From Azolla caroliniana (lineage: Eukaryota; Plantae; Polypodiophyta), in contig JBHGNT010000012.1 in assembly GCA_043228905.1 (NCBI GenBank), forward strand, positions 7,936,001 to 8,000,000: DNA of 64,000 bases. Reading direction: 5' to 3'. Position 1 is the stretch's first letter, and the number at the start of each line of letters is the position of its first letter. The translations under genes and the position numbers were made by a program. The notes under the pieces are model-generated. The model was not told the origin of the DNA. It did no database searches and saw only the letters and a list, made by a program, of their open reading frames with translations. Positions 35,580-47,521 of the stretch are shown here, in pieces.

Positions 35580-38500
35580 TGTCAGGAATAGTACTAAAGC
35601 AGAGATGGAATTAGTACTAAGAAGAGAAGTACAATTAGTACTAAGAGGACGGGACTGCGTAAGATTCCCGAGAGAGGAAGTGAGAAGAGGAGAGAGAGAA
35701 AAATGATGACAGCAGCTAATATATTATGTGAAAAGATAAGTACAAGCGGCTGAGAGGCTTAAGACTAGCGTTGAACCAATTTGGTTCAACATAATGCCTA
35801 GTGCCTTCTTTTATAGTCTTGTCAGGAGTAATCCTGAAACTTCTAGAATGTTCTAGAGAAATCTGGAATATACATTACTTTCTTATAATAAAATATAAAT
35901 GAAAATAATATCCTATGAATTACAATAGATGATGTGATGGTTAAGAGCTCGACCCATATACCATAAGGTCATCGGTTCGAGTCTTGCCATATCATGACAC
36001 TATCTCCCCCTTAAAGACGACGAGTGGAAAGAGTCGGCGCTGATTGCGGACCGGGTTTGTCTGGATATTTTTAGTGGAAATTAGCAAGCAGATCCTGAGC
36101 ATTGGCAACATGCTCAACGGGTTCCCAAGTGCGTTCACTCGGACTATAACCAACCCAATCGACCAAATAATAAAGTTTGTTGCAAATAAGTTTGGAATCG
36201 AGGATGGCAGCAACTTCATACTCCGGGCCGGTGTCCAACTCCAGCGGGGGCGGCGGTGGTGTAACACGATCAGAAATGGTGTTTGCTTTATAAGGTTCAA
36301 GAAGAGAACAATGGAAAACCGGATGTATCTGAAGTTGCGGAGGGAGATCAAGGCGGAATGTGACATCATTAACTTTACCCGTAATACGGAAAGGACCGAG
36401 TCGTCGATAATCCAACTTGTCGCATGGTCGAGTAGTCTTGATGTGACGACGTAAGAGCCATACTCGATCTCCAATGGCAAAAGAGGAGGGAAGCCGATGA
36501 CGATCCGCGTAAGTCTTCTGTGTCTGTTGAGCATGACGAAGATGAGTCGAGAGATCTATCTGGATCTTGCGCAGTCTCTCCAAATGATCCCCGGCACGAG
36601 GATTGGTAGGTAGCTCCGGGGTGTCGATCACCGACCAGCAAGGATGAGAACCGGTATAAGCATAGAATGGGGAGACTTGAGTCGAGGAGTGAATAGCATT
36701 ATTATATGCAAACTCCGCAAAGTGGAGAATCTCGGCCCAATCGTCTTGTTGATAACTCAGGAAACACCGGAGATATTGCTCCAGTGTTTGGTTTGTTCGT
36801 TCTGCCTGCCCATCGGTCTGAGGATGGTAGCCGGAGGAGAGGTTGCAAGAGACCTTGAGCATCTTGAAGAGATGCTGCCAAAATTTGGAGACAAATTGCG
36901 GTCCTCGGTCACTGATGATACTGTCTAGGAGGCCATGATGCCGAAATACCTCACGCATGACTAGGGCGGCGGTTTCCTCGCTAGTGATGGCCTTAGTACA
37001 TGGAACAAATTGTGCCATCTTCGAATATCGATCGACGACGGTTAAGATAGTGTCGAACCCCTACGAGACTAGCAGATCTGTGATAAAATCAAGACAAATA
37101 GACTACCACGGCTTTCTTGGAATCGGTAAGGGTTCCAACAAGCCATATGGATGGTGTCATGGCATCTTTGCTCGGCAGCAAGCATCACAGGTCCGAATGT
37201 AGTCGTCGACAAAACGGTGCATGTCGGGCCACCAAAAAGATCGATGCACTAGCTCCAACGTCTTAGTACTACTGAAATGTCCCGCCGTATGGGTGTCGTG
37301 ACAATTTTGGACGATTTGAAGGCGACAGGAGCAATCGGGGACATATACACGTTTTTTAAAGAATAACAAACCATCATGATATTCGAATTGTCGGTAGTCA
37401 ATACCTGGTTGTTGAGACTGAGAACAGGATGCCCGAGAAGTATCAATGTGCATCAGGATGTCTTGAGCAAAACAATCCGTCTTCAAGTTTGCACGTATGT
37501 CATCGGTAATCCATGAATCCATCGGGGTGTGAAAAATCTACGTCGTGTGCAATCGTGTTGGTCCCAAGATTACTTGCTTTTGATTATCCAATGATGGATC
37601 ACCATGACGAGGTGCAAGATATGAACGCCGTGATAGTGCATCTGCTTTTCCTCGCTGCTTCCCCGGTCGATATGTGATTTTGAAGTCGAAACGCATGAGG
37701 AATTGCGCCCACCGAGCTTGCCGTTGATTTAGTACGCGAGCGTTCTGGAAATAAGCAAGATTTTTATGATCACTAAAGACAATGACCTGATGTGGAGAGC
37801 CCTCTAAGAAATGCCGCCATTGTACAAATGAATCCACGATGGCTAATAACTCCTTATCATGTATTTCGTAGTTGATTTCCGCAACATCGAATTTGCGCGA
37901 ATGGAAAGCCATTGGATGCAACTCTTCTTAATCTCCTTGTTGAGAAAGGATGCTACCGAGGGCGAAATCTGAAGCATCGGCCTCCATGATGAATGGTTTG
38001 CTAGTATCCACATGAGCTAGAATCGGTGCTGATGTAAAGGGTTTCTTAAGATGCCGAAAAGCCATATTTGCTTCAATGGACCAAAGAAATGCTTGGCCCT
38101 TCTTCATAAGTTGTGTGAGGGGTAAGATAATCTTCGAGTAATCTTGTATAAACTTACAATAGAAGTTAGCAAAACCTAGAAAACATTGTACATCTCGTAC
38201 CGACCGTGGAATTTGCCACTCTAGTACAGTTTGGACTTTAGCTGGATCCATGGTGATGCCCTTTGAGGAGATGACGTAGCCTAGAAATTCCACTTGCTTG
38301 CAGTCAAAGCTACATTTTTCTAGCTTGGCATAAAGACCATTCTCGCGGAGTCGCTTTAGTACTAATAGTACATGAGAATCGTGCTCTTGGTGGGTCTTCG
38401 AATAAATCAATAGATCATCAAGATAGGTGATCAAACAGATATCCAAGAGGTCTCTGAATATATCATTTGCCATGTGTTGGAAGATTGCGGGTGCATTGGT

Positions 38501-41178
38501 TAGGTTGAATGTCATAACAGTATACTCGAAATGCCCATACTGCGTGCGAAAGGCGGTCTTCCATTCATCTCCCGGTCGGATCCGCACGAGGCTATATGCT
38601 CCTCATAGATCGATTTTGGTAAAAAACTTGGCACCATTAACTCGCTCTAAAAGACTTGATATAAGAGGAAGTGCATACCTATTCCGGATGGTGACCTTAT
38701 TCAATCCGCGGTAATCAACGACGAGACGAAGTGAGCCATCTTTCTTCTTGACAAAGAAGATGGGTGCACCGGCCAGAGATTTCGAATGATGGATGAACCC
38801 GCTTGCCAAGTTCTCCTCGATGTAGGCTCGAAGGCTTCTAACTCGGTGGGTGACAAGTTGTAAATTGATCCCCATGGTGGCTCGGTTCCTAGTTGTAAAT
38901 CGATGGGACAGTCATAGGGACGGTGATGAGGAAGGGTACCGGCTTTTACCTTGTCAAATACATCGGCATAAGGATGATATTTTGCCAGAAGTTGTACTGA
39001 GGAGTCCTTCTTAATAGTGCTGGAAGGATGTACTGATATTGCAAATAGAAACATTGCCTCCTTGTGTCCTTCTTCGCGTAATTGATGGAGTGAAATGGTC
39101 GAAACTCGGTGAGTAGATTCTTGGGGTGGTCGATATCGGACTTCTCTTGTTCTCCAATCTATGGCTGGATTATGTAATTCAAACCAAGGTAATCCTAGGA
39201 CAATGGGATGCTCTGGACTACTAATTATATTAAATGATATTACACACACAAAACTACCTAGGACAACTTGAATGGGTTCTGATTCTTCTACAATATTCCC
39301 GGAAGCAATGGGACGACCATCAATGACTACTACAGATGCGGGACAAGGAAGTTTTCTTAGGGATATCTGAGAAGCTTGGGCAAAATTTCGATCCATGAAA
39401 CAAGAATTAGCTCCGGAATCTAAGAGTGCTAGGACGGGTACTGGGGGAGTACTTTTAGTACTAACAATGACTTGGGCTAGGAACACATTGCTAACTTGCT
39501 TGGAAGGAATGGAACCACTAATGGGTTGTACAGATCTAGGGCTGTTGTCCAACCAAACAGCTCCTATTTTGGCTGGACTCAATCGTTTAACTCTTCATCT
39601 AATTGACTAAGGATTTCAAATTTGTTTGAGATACTTGGGCTATTAGTACTATGAATACTATCTGACACTCTATTACTATTAATACTATCAGACACTCCGA
39701 AGGGAAGAATTGACTCGGGTTTAGTACAAGCGATGATTTGATTTACCTGTCTTCTTGGCCTATGGGGACAAGTGATGGCGATATGCCCTGGTCCACCGCA
39801 ATAAAGACATAATCGATTGGCACGTCGTCGTTGCTTTTCTTCTTCCGATAATGGGCCGCGTTGACGCATGGTGTCGATCTCCATCGGTGTCGGAATATTG
39901 GCTTGAGGTACATTGCGTGCAAACAGTTTAGCCGTGACTGAGGCGTATGTGGGTTCCGGCCGAGAGCGTGGTATTTGTAACTGACGCTCCGAACGCCGTT
40001 TGAAAAGGCGGTTGTCGCATCGGACCGCTCGACTGATTGCCTCCGTAAGAGACTTTGGTTCTTCGGGGAAGGTTAAAAGCAAATCTTTGACATCATTGCG
40101 CAAGCCGTAGCGAAACTGCTCCATGAGGGCCTGATCATCCCAGGGAATATCTCAAGCGAGTAGATGGAAATCCGCCGCGTAGGCAGAGGCTGGATGATCG
40201 CCTTGACGCAATCTTCGGATCTTGTTGATAGCCGTCCTGATGTTGTCGGTATCTCCAAAGCAGGCTTTAAACTCACCAATAAAATCTTCAAAGTTATTAA
40301 GCAAGGGTGATTGTTTTTCCAGAAACGGAGCGAACCATGCCAAGGCTGAGCCGCTGAGTAACATGCCTATTAGGCCGACTCGAGATGCATCAGTGGGATA
40401 TCAGGAAGGATGCATCTAGATGACTAAGCGTACTTGATTAACGAATCCCCGGAATTGCGATCGCGTTCCATCAAATTTCACAGGAAGTCCAATCTTGGGC
40501 TCTTTATGAAATCCTTGGGGACTTGATCCTTGTTGTTGCAACGCTGCTTCGAGTTGTTGTACCCGTAATGCTAACTCCCCATGTTGTTGTTGCGTTTGTT
40601 GTTTTTCAAGAGCGATTTGTTGCAGATCCCCTATCAACCGTTGGTTTTCTTGTTCCAGAGCAACAAACTTTTCTTTTAGGCACTGTAACTCGGAGAAAAC
40701 GGATTGATATTCTTGGGCGCTAACAGTAGCCATAGTATAGGGAAAAGGGTAGGAGGAAAGGAAAAATTGGTTCAAACTGTCAGGAATAGTACTAAAGCAG
40801 AGATGGAATTAGTACTAAGAAGAGAAGTACTATTAGTACTAAGAGGATGGGATTGCGTAAGATTCCCGAGAGAGGAAGTGAGAAGAGGAGAGAGAGAAAA
40901 ATGATGACAACAGCTAATATATTATGTGAAAAAGTACAAGCGGCTGAGAGGCTTAAGACTGGCGTTGAACCAATTTGGTTCAACATAATGCCTAGTGCCT
41001 TCAGGAGTAATCCTGAAACTTCTAGAATGTTCCAGAGAAATCTAGAATATACATTACTTTCTTATAATAAAACATAAATGAAAATAATATCTTATGAATT
41101 ACAATAGATGGTGTGATGGTTAAGAGCTCGACCCATATACCATAAGGTCATGGGTTCAAGTCTTGCCATATCATGACA
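35580..41178 (-). mobile_element. Full-length Tf1/Sushi/Tcn1-type chromovirus
   Basis: LTRs 35580-35999 and 40778-41178, perfect TSD GTTGA, PPT ~36000-36012, KEPKIGLPVKFDGTR gag, CLYCGGPGHIAITC, LLDSGAN, YLDD, EYEVAAILDS..VDWVGYSPSERTWEP chromodomain. Confidence 0.93.
36010..40733 (-). pseudogene. gag and -1-frame pol (PR-RT-RH-IN-chromodomain), few lesions
   Basis: ORF fragments 40416..40775, 39579..40124, 38701..39582, 37928..38587, 37538..37921, 36071..37018. Confidence 0.88.
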
Positions 41179-41900
41179 GTTGATGATGATTAGCAAGAAA
41201 AATGAAGTAAACCTTGTTAGCGACGAAACAACATGGGTGGTTGACTCTGGAAGGTCGTTCCACTTGACTCCCAACCAGAAATACTTCTCATCATACATAG
41301 TCGGAGACCACGGTTTTGTGAAGATGGGAAATGAAGGAGCATGCCAAATCTTCAGTATAGGAGATGTGTGCTTGTTAACTTCAACCGGGTGCAAACTAGT
41401 GTTGAAAGATGTGTGACACATTCTGGAGGTTAGATTGAATCTGATATCAGTTGGTCGGCTAGATGATGAAGGCTACACGGGTAGCTTCTAGAACAACACT
41501 CTAAAATCTGCAAGGGAAACCTAATCGTGGCTCGGGGCCGAAAGACAAACACATTATACTTAATACATGGTTGACTATTCCGGGAGGAAGTGAATGTGGT
41601 AGCTCGCACATCCGATGACCTGTGGCACAAGAGGCTATGCCACACGAGTGAGAAGGGGATGTGGAAGCTTTCCGAGGATAACCTCATTCTGGAGGTGAAG
41701 AATATGAGCTTGACAAGTGCACAGATTGGTTGGCCGGCAAGCAGAACAAAACCTCTTTCTTATCCAGACCCATGAAGAGAAAGAAGGCAATGCTAGAACT
41801 CCTACATACGGATGTATGCTATGCGGAACTAAGTTACATGCCGGTTTACAATATTTTTTGACCAGAGGTTTCGGGCTTCCGTTCTGAAGACGAAGGACCA
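41179..41900 (+). mobile_element. Continuation of the Tork/Tnt1-like copia (protease, GAG-pre-integrase)
   Basis: WVVDSGRSFHLTPN, LWHKRLCH; joins 35579 across the TSD. Confidence 0.85.
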
Positions 41901-42383
41901 CAATATCTTTGGGGGGGGGCTTCTATTCCTTAGAGGGTTCTCCTTCCTCTGTTTTCCTCAGCCGGTTCTCTATGCCCTTCCTCTTCTCCTTCGGTTGGTT
42001 CTTCTTCCGACCTGGAGTCAACTACTTCCTCTTCCTCAAATCCTACCCCATACCTTGCGGCCAATCTGGCTCCGAATGCGACCCCGTGTCTGGATTCGAC
42101 TCTTGTTACTCCTGAGCAAGTCTTAGCCTCTAACATAGGGTATTCCCTTCCAAAATACACATCCAAAGGGCTGGTCGGAGATATGCATGGTGATTCGCCA
42201 CTCAGACACTTATCAATAATTGGTTACTTTTCGAAACGTTGTTGTGAAGATTTTCGGTAACGGTGTGAAAATCATGTGGAAAGAAGAAAACCGAGAAGGG
42301 TTCACTTTCGCACTTCTCTTACTGTTTTTTCTCAATGACTTATCCCACATATATATGCAGCTAATACAACTCTCTCTATATAT

Positions 42384-42392
42384 ATACTAACT

Positions 42393-42437
<45 letters not shown>
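42384..42437. repeat. (CA)n/(TA)n microsatellite
   Basis: Direct reading. Confidence 0.9.
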
Positions 42438-42439
<2 letters not shown>

Positions 42440-42477
42440 CAAAACTTCTATTCGGCCAGATACCATTCAACCAAATC

Positions 42478-42612
42478 CTATTTCGGCTTTTCGTTCGATT
42501 TCGGCCAACCGACTCTTGTTTCTACTTTCTGACCGATTTTGGCCAACTGACTCTTGTTTCGGCTTTTCTGACCGTTTTCGGCCAACTGACTCTCGTTTCG
42601 GCTTTTCTGCCG
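42478..42612. repeat. 38-bp tandem repeat, ~3.5 copies
   Basis: TTTCGGCTTTTCTGACCGATTTTGGCCAACTGACTCTTG-like units. Confidence 0.85.
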
Positions 42613-42699
42613 ACTCCTCCACAAGGAGGCACAATCTTAAATAACACAATTGACTTACCACAAAGCCAGGTTATTTCTTTAAAAGTTGTATTTTCATCA

Positions 42700-43424
42700 T
42701 TATACTTTTTCATATGTAAATTCTCATATGTGAGAACTTACATGAATGACATGGTTATCATGCATCGCATGTAATGCATGAGCGCCAAATGACAAACATG
42801 TATCGCATGCATTTCATGCATTACATGCATTCATTGTATGCATGTCTTGCACTCTCACATGCATCGTATGCATGGGGGCATCTATAAAAGAGTGGTGGAA
42901 AAAGAAAAGGGGAATCAATGAATTAATCAAGCAAACTATGTACTGAATCAAGAAAATAATAATAAAAAATCTAGTTATCCTTTTGGTGATGTATCTTGTT
43001 CCTCAAAAATTGAAGTCAAGCGTTCAAAATCTTGCTCTCAATTTGTCTCATAATTGGAATCTCTGTCTCTCAATCTTTCTGTATCTGTCTTAAATACTTT
43101 CTCGCTAAAGCATCAAATCCTTCCAATCCAGGACCCCGGCGGTCCCACTTCATTTCGCGAACACGTGAGGATTTCCTTGACATCTTTCTTGGTGAACCCG
43201 ACGTGAAGAAGCGGTAGGAAGGATCAAGACGAGGATCGAATGATACTTGGAGATGGCATCCTCAAGCAATCAAGAGGGAGAGTACGAAAGGATGATGGTA
43301 ATCATCAAGCAAATGATGGGATCTCGGGGCAACGATGCAAGCGTGGAGAAGGTTGTCGACCATGTCGTGGAGATCGAGGGTCAATTTGATGGAAGAAACA
43401 TTACGAAGTTCCTTGATACATACA
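42700..43424 (+). mobile_element. 5' fragment of a tRNA-Trp gypsy element (LTR end at 43182, PBS, gag start)
   Basis: LTR end resembles 4040-4090; TGGTGAACCCGACGTGAA; gag QFDGRNITKFL resembles RFSGKDATKYL; LTR start uncertain. Confidence 0.7.
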
Positions 43425-46000
43425 TGTAAAAACAAATAGCGTGCGGAAGCAATAAAAAACAGAAAACAGAGAACAGAGAATGGGATTAATGGAGAGCTTA
43501 ACAATACGCAGGAGAGACAAAGAGAGCAAAGTAAGAATCTCTATTCAAAAAATTATATCAACACTCTGTACATCGTATGTGTTCAGCGAACATTTTTATA
43601 CAAGTCCATATGGACTGACAGAAGTACGGTGTACTTCAATGCTCACTCCAGCATCTGACACTAACTACGAGAGTAATAACTCCCTAGTAGTCTAGTTGTT
43701 ACTAGGCTTCCGGTTACTGATGGATCCGGCGAACCGGCTCCTCAGCTCATTGGCTCACTGGATCAGGCTTATCTAGCCGATCCGGCTCCAATTGAGCTTG
43801 CCGCTCAACACTCCCCCTCAAGCTCAACTTGAGGTCCGGTCATAGTGTCAACGTTTATGGCAACCGGTCCTTCTGCCTGGCTCCTTCTAGCGTCACTCCG
43901 CCTTGCTCGCACTCTTCATTCGGTCTGGTTTTGTTTGCCGCGACCCCTCTTGTTCTGCACACCTCGACCCCCTCGGTCGGCTTGTCTGCTCAACAAGGCC
44001 AATTCAGCTCCCTTGCTGCTGTGACTTCGGCGTGTGGCGGTTCGCCGATTCCTTCCTGTTGACGTCGACTTTCGCTGCCTTCTCGTCCTCTTGGCCTTGA
44101 ATTGATCACGTTCTTCTGAATCTGTCTGTTGAACCGAATCGACTATCTCTGATTCGTTCCAGCTCTTGTCCGAATCAATTGCTCCCGATTCATCTTCTGG
44201 TTCCAGGCCCTTCACCACATCGGACCATGTCCGGGTCTTGGCCTTCTTCTTCCGGTCGGCTCTGTCCTTCTTGACTCTGCCGCCATTGCCGCTTGTTCCG
44301 ACTTGTTCGGATGTGTCGACTTCCTTTGTCGACTCGGCTCCTTTCTTCTTCTTGACTCTCCCTTCGTCGGTTCTTTCCTCACTGGCGCAATCGGCAGTCT
44401 CTTTGCCTTTGCCCGTTCCGGTGTCTTTGCCCGTTCTCCCCCTCAAGTGTGGCACGTCGAGATGTTGAACACCAAGCATTTCGGTGAAATGTTGCAACTT
44501 GTCTAATCCGAGTGGTTTGGTGAAGATGTTGGCAACTTGCCGATCTGTGTGAACATACCGAAGTTCGACCTCACTGCTCAGGACACGCTCATGCACGAAG
44601 TGATAGTGCACTTCTATGTGCTTTGTGCGAGCATGGAATACGAGGTTCTTGGTGAGCGGCATGCTACTTATGTTGTCACAGTAGATCAGAATCGGGGTCA
44701 GTACCTCGATCTATAGGTCTTGCAGTAGTCGCCGAAGCCAAATGGCTTCACAGGTGGCAACAATAGCGCCCCGATACTCAGCCTCAGTGCTCGACAGAGC
44801 AACTATTGGCTGCTTTTTGCTGCTCCACGTAACAACCGCGCTACCTAGGGAAAACATATAATCGGAGGTTGATCGGCAATCTAATGCATCGTCGGCCCAG
44901 TCGGCATCTATGTAACCGACCAGCTCTTCGGTTATACCTCGCCGGTATAACAGTCCCCGGTCCTTCGTGCCGCTCACATACCGCAGTATTCGGTGCATGC
45001 ACTGAAGATGCTCTACAGTCGGCTTCTAAATGAATTGGCTAATCACACCGACCGGATAGCTTATGTCAGGTCGGGTGATGGTCAAATATATAAGGCTTTT
45101 GACAATTTGTCGGAACCGTTTCTCATCGGTTCCGGTCCAAGGGTGTAGAAATAGGTCGGCATTCTGTCATGCCCAACTTGTACAGCATATTCAACACATA
45201 GTGCCTCTGTGAGAGCAATATGCCGTCGGGGGTTCGGATCACCTTGATCCCAAGAAAATAATGAAGGTCCCCCATGTCCTTCATCTCAAACGCATCCGAC
45301 AACTGGGACTTCACTCGACTGATTTCATGGAGTCCGGGTCCGGTGTGGACCAGATCATCAACATACAACAAGATGCAAAGCGGACCGTCCGGACCTTGCC
45401 GGATGAACAATGAAGAGTCAGACCTGGAGGCCACAAACCCCATCATCTTCGCATTCCACGCTCGGGGGTCTTGCTTCAAGCCATAAAGTGACTTCTTCAT
45501 CCGGCATACCGCCGACTTGTTCATCTCCGTCTGGAAACCAGATGGTTGTAGCATAAAGACCTCTTCTTCAAGATCTCCTTGAAGAAATGCATTCTTCACA
45601 TCCATCTGGTGAAGATGCCACCCCCTTGCCACTACAACCGCCAACACCACATGAACCGTCGTCATCTTCGCTACCAGAGCGAACGTCTCGTCGTAGTCGA
45701 TTCCGTGGGTCTATGCGTATCCCTTCGCCACTAATCGGGCCTTGTACCGGTTAACTGAACCATCCGCGTTGTACTTTACCTTGTACACCCACTTGCATCC
45801 GATCGGTTTATTGTGACGGGGAGGGTCAACCAGGTCCCATGTATCGTTGGCATCAAGTGCCCGCATCTCATCTTCCATAGCGGCACGCCAATGTGCGTCC
45901 TTTGCCACTTCGACGTAGCTCTCCGGCTCACGCACTTCCACCACCTTGGTCATGTATGCATAGTGATGCACCATGTACTCATTGTACCCGTACCGCTTAA
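43425..46000 (-). mobile_element. 3' half of a Ty1/copia element (RT, RNase H, PPT, 3' LTR 43425-43810)
   Basis: [44 protein letters not shown]; PPT TTGAGGGGGAG at 43811-43821. Confidence 0.9.
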
Positions 46001-46321
46001 CAGAGTACTTGCGGAGTGAAGTTTACAAACTGTAACTAGATGGTCGGATCCGGTAGATGACAACACCATACTCGCGGAAGTGTTCTGTGACAACCACGAG
46101 GTGTTCGTGGATGAAAAGAGAAAAAGATTGGAAGGGCAAGATAGCCCATCAAAAAGACATGAAACAAGGAGAGCAAAAAAGAAAGAAGATGCATAAGCAA
46201 GTCCAACTTTACGAACGGAGGATGGAGACTCAAGCCGGAAAGGGGAGTTGAGCAAACCAGTCGAAGAAACGGTTCGGTCCGTGAGGGTTGACGTCGAAGA
46301 CCCCATTCGGAAGACGAGAAC

Positions 46322-47521
46322 TGTTAGGAATAGTACTAAAACAGAGAGAGAATTAGTATTAGAGAAGGGAAGTACTATTAGTACTAAGAGGACGGGACTG
46401 CGTAAGACTCCCTAGAGAGGGATAGGGAAGAGGAGAGAGAGAGAGAGAGATAGCGAGGACGAGAGAGAGAGAGAGAGAGATGATTATAACAGATGATATA
46501 TTATATGAAGAGTAAGTACAAAATGGCTATAAGGCTTAAGACTAGCCTTGAACCAATTTGGTTCAACATAATGCCTTGTGCCTCCTTTTATAGTGTTCTC
46601 AGGAGGAGTCCTGAAGCTTATAGAATGTTCCAGAGAAATCTGGAATATACATTAATTTCCTATAATAAATGAAAATAATATTCGATGTATTACAATAGAT
46701 GGTATAATGGTCAAGAGCTCGACCCATATAACATAAGGTCATGGGTTCGAGTCTTGCCATATCATGACACTATCCTCCCCTTAAGACGACGAGTGTAACG
46801 AGTCGGCACTGATTGAGGACCGGGTTTGTCCGAATATTATCAGTGGAAATCAACAAGAAGATCATGAGCATTGGCGACATGCTCGACGGGTTCCCAAGTA
46901 CATTCGCTCGGACTATAGCCAAGCAAATCGACCAAATAATAAAGTTTGTTGCAAACAAATTTGGAGTCGAGGACGGAAGCAACTTCATACTCTAGGCCGG
47001 CATCTAACTCAAGCAAGGGCGGCAATGGTGTAACACGATCGGGAATAGTGTTTGCTTTATAAGGTTCAAGAAGAGAACTATGGAAGACCGGATGTATCTG
47101 AAGATGCAGAGGAAGATCAAGGCGGAATGTGACATCATTAACCTTACCGGTAATACGGAAAGGACCGAGTCATCAATAATCCAACTTGTCGCACAGTCGA
47201 GTAGTCTTGATGTGACGATGTAAGAGCCATACTCAATCTCCGATGGCAAAAGAGGAGGGAAGCCGATGACGATCCACATAAGTCTTCTGTGTGTGTTGAG
47301 CATGACAAAGATGAGTAGAGAGATCCCTCTGGATCTTACATAGCCTCTCCAAATGATCCTCGGCACGAGGATTGGTAGGTATCTCCGGGGTGTCGATCAC
47401 AGACCAACGAGGATGAGAACCAATATAAGCGTAAAATGGGGAGACCCGAGTCGAGGAGTGAATAGCGTTATTATAACCAAACTCTGCAAAGTAGAGAATA
47501 TCAACCCAATCGTCCTGGTGA
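46322..47521 (-). mobile_element. Second Tcn1/Sushi-type chromovirus copy, 3' LTR (46322-46769), chromodomain and integrase end
   Basis: Highly similar to 35580-36755; EYEVASVLDSK..TWEPVEHV. Confidence 0.9.

Noticed and set aside
42478-42612. CRISPR-like array
   Set aside because: Contiguous tandem units without unique spacers, in a eukaryotic TE context with no cas genes.
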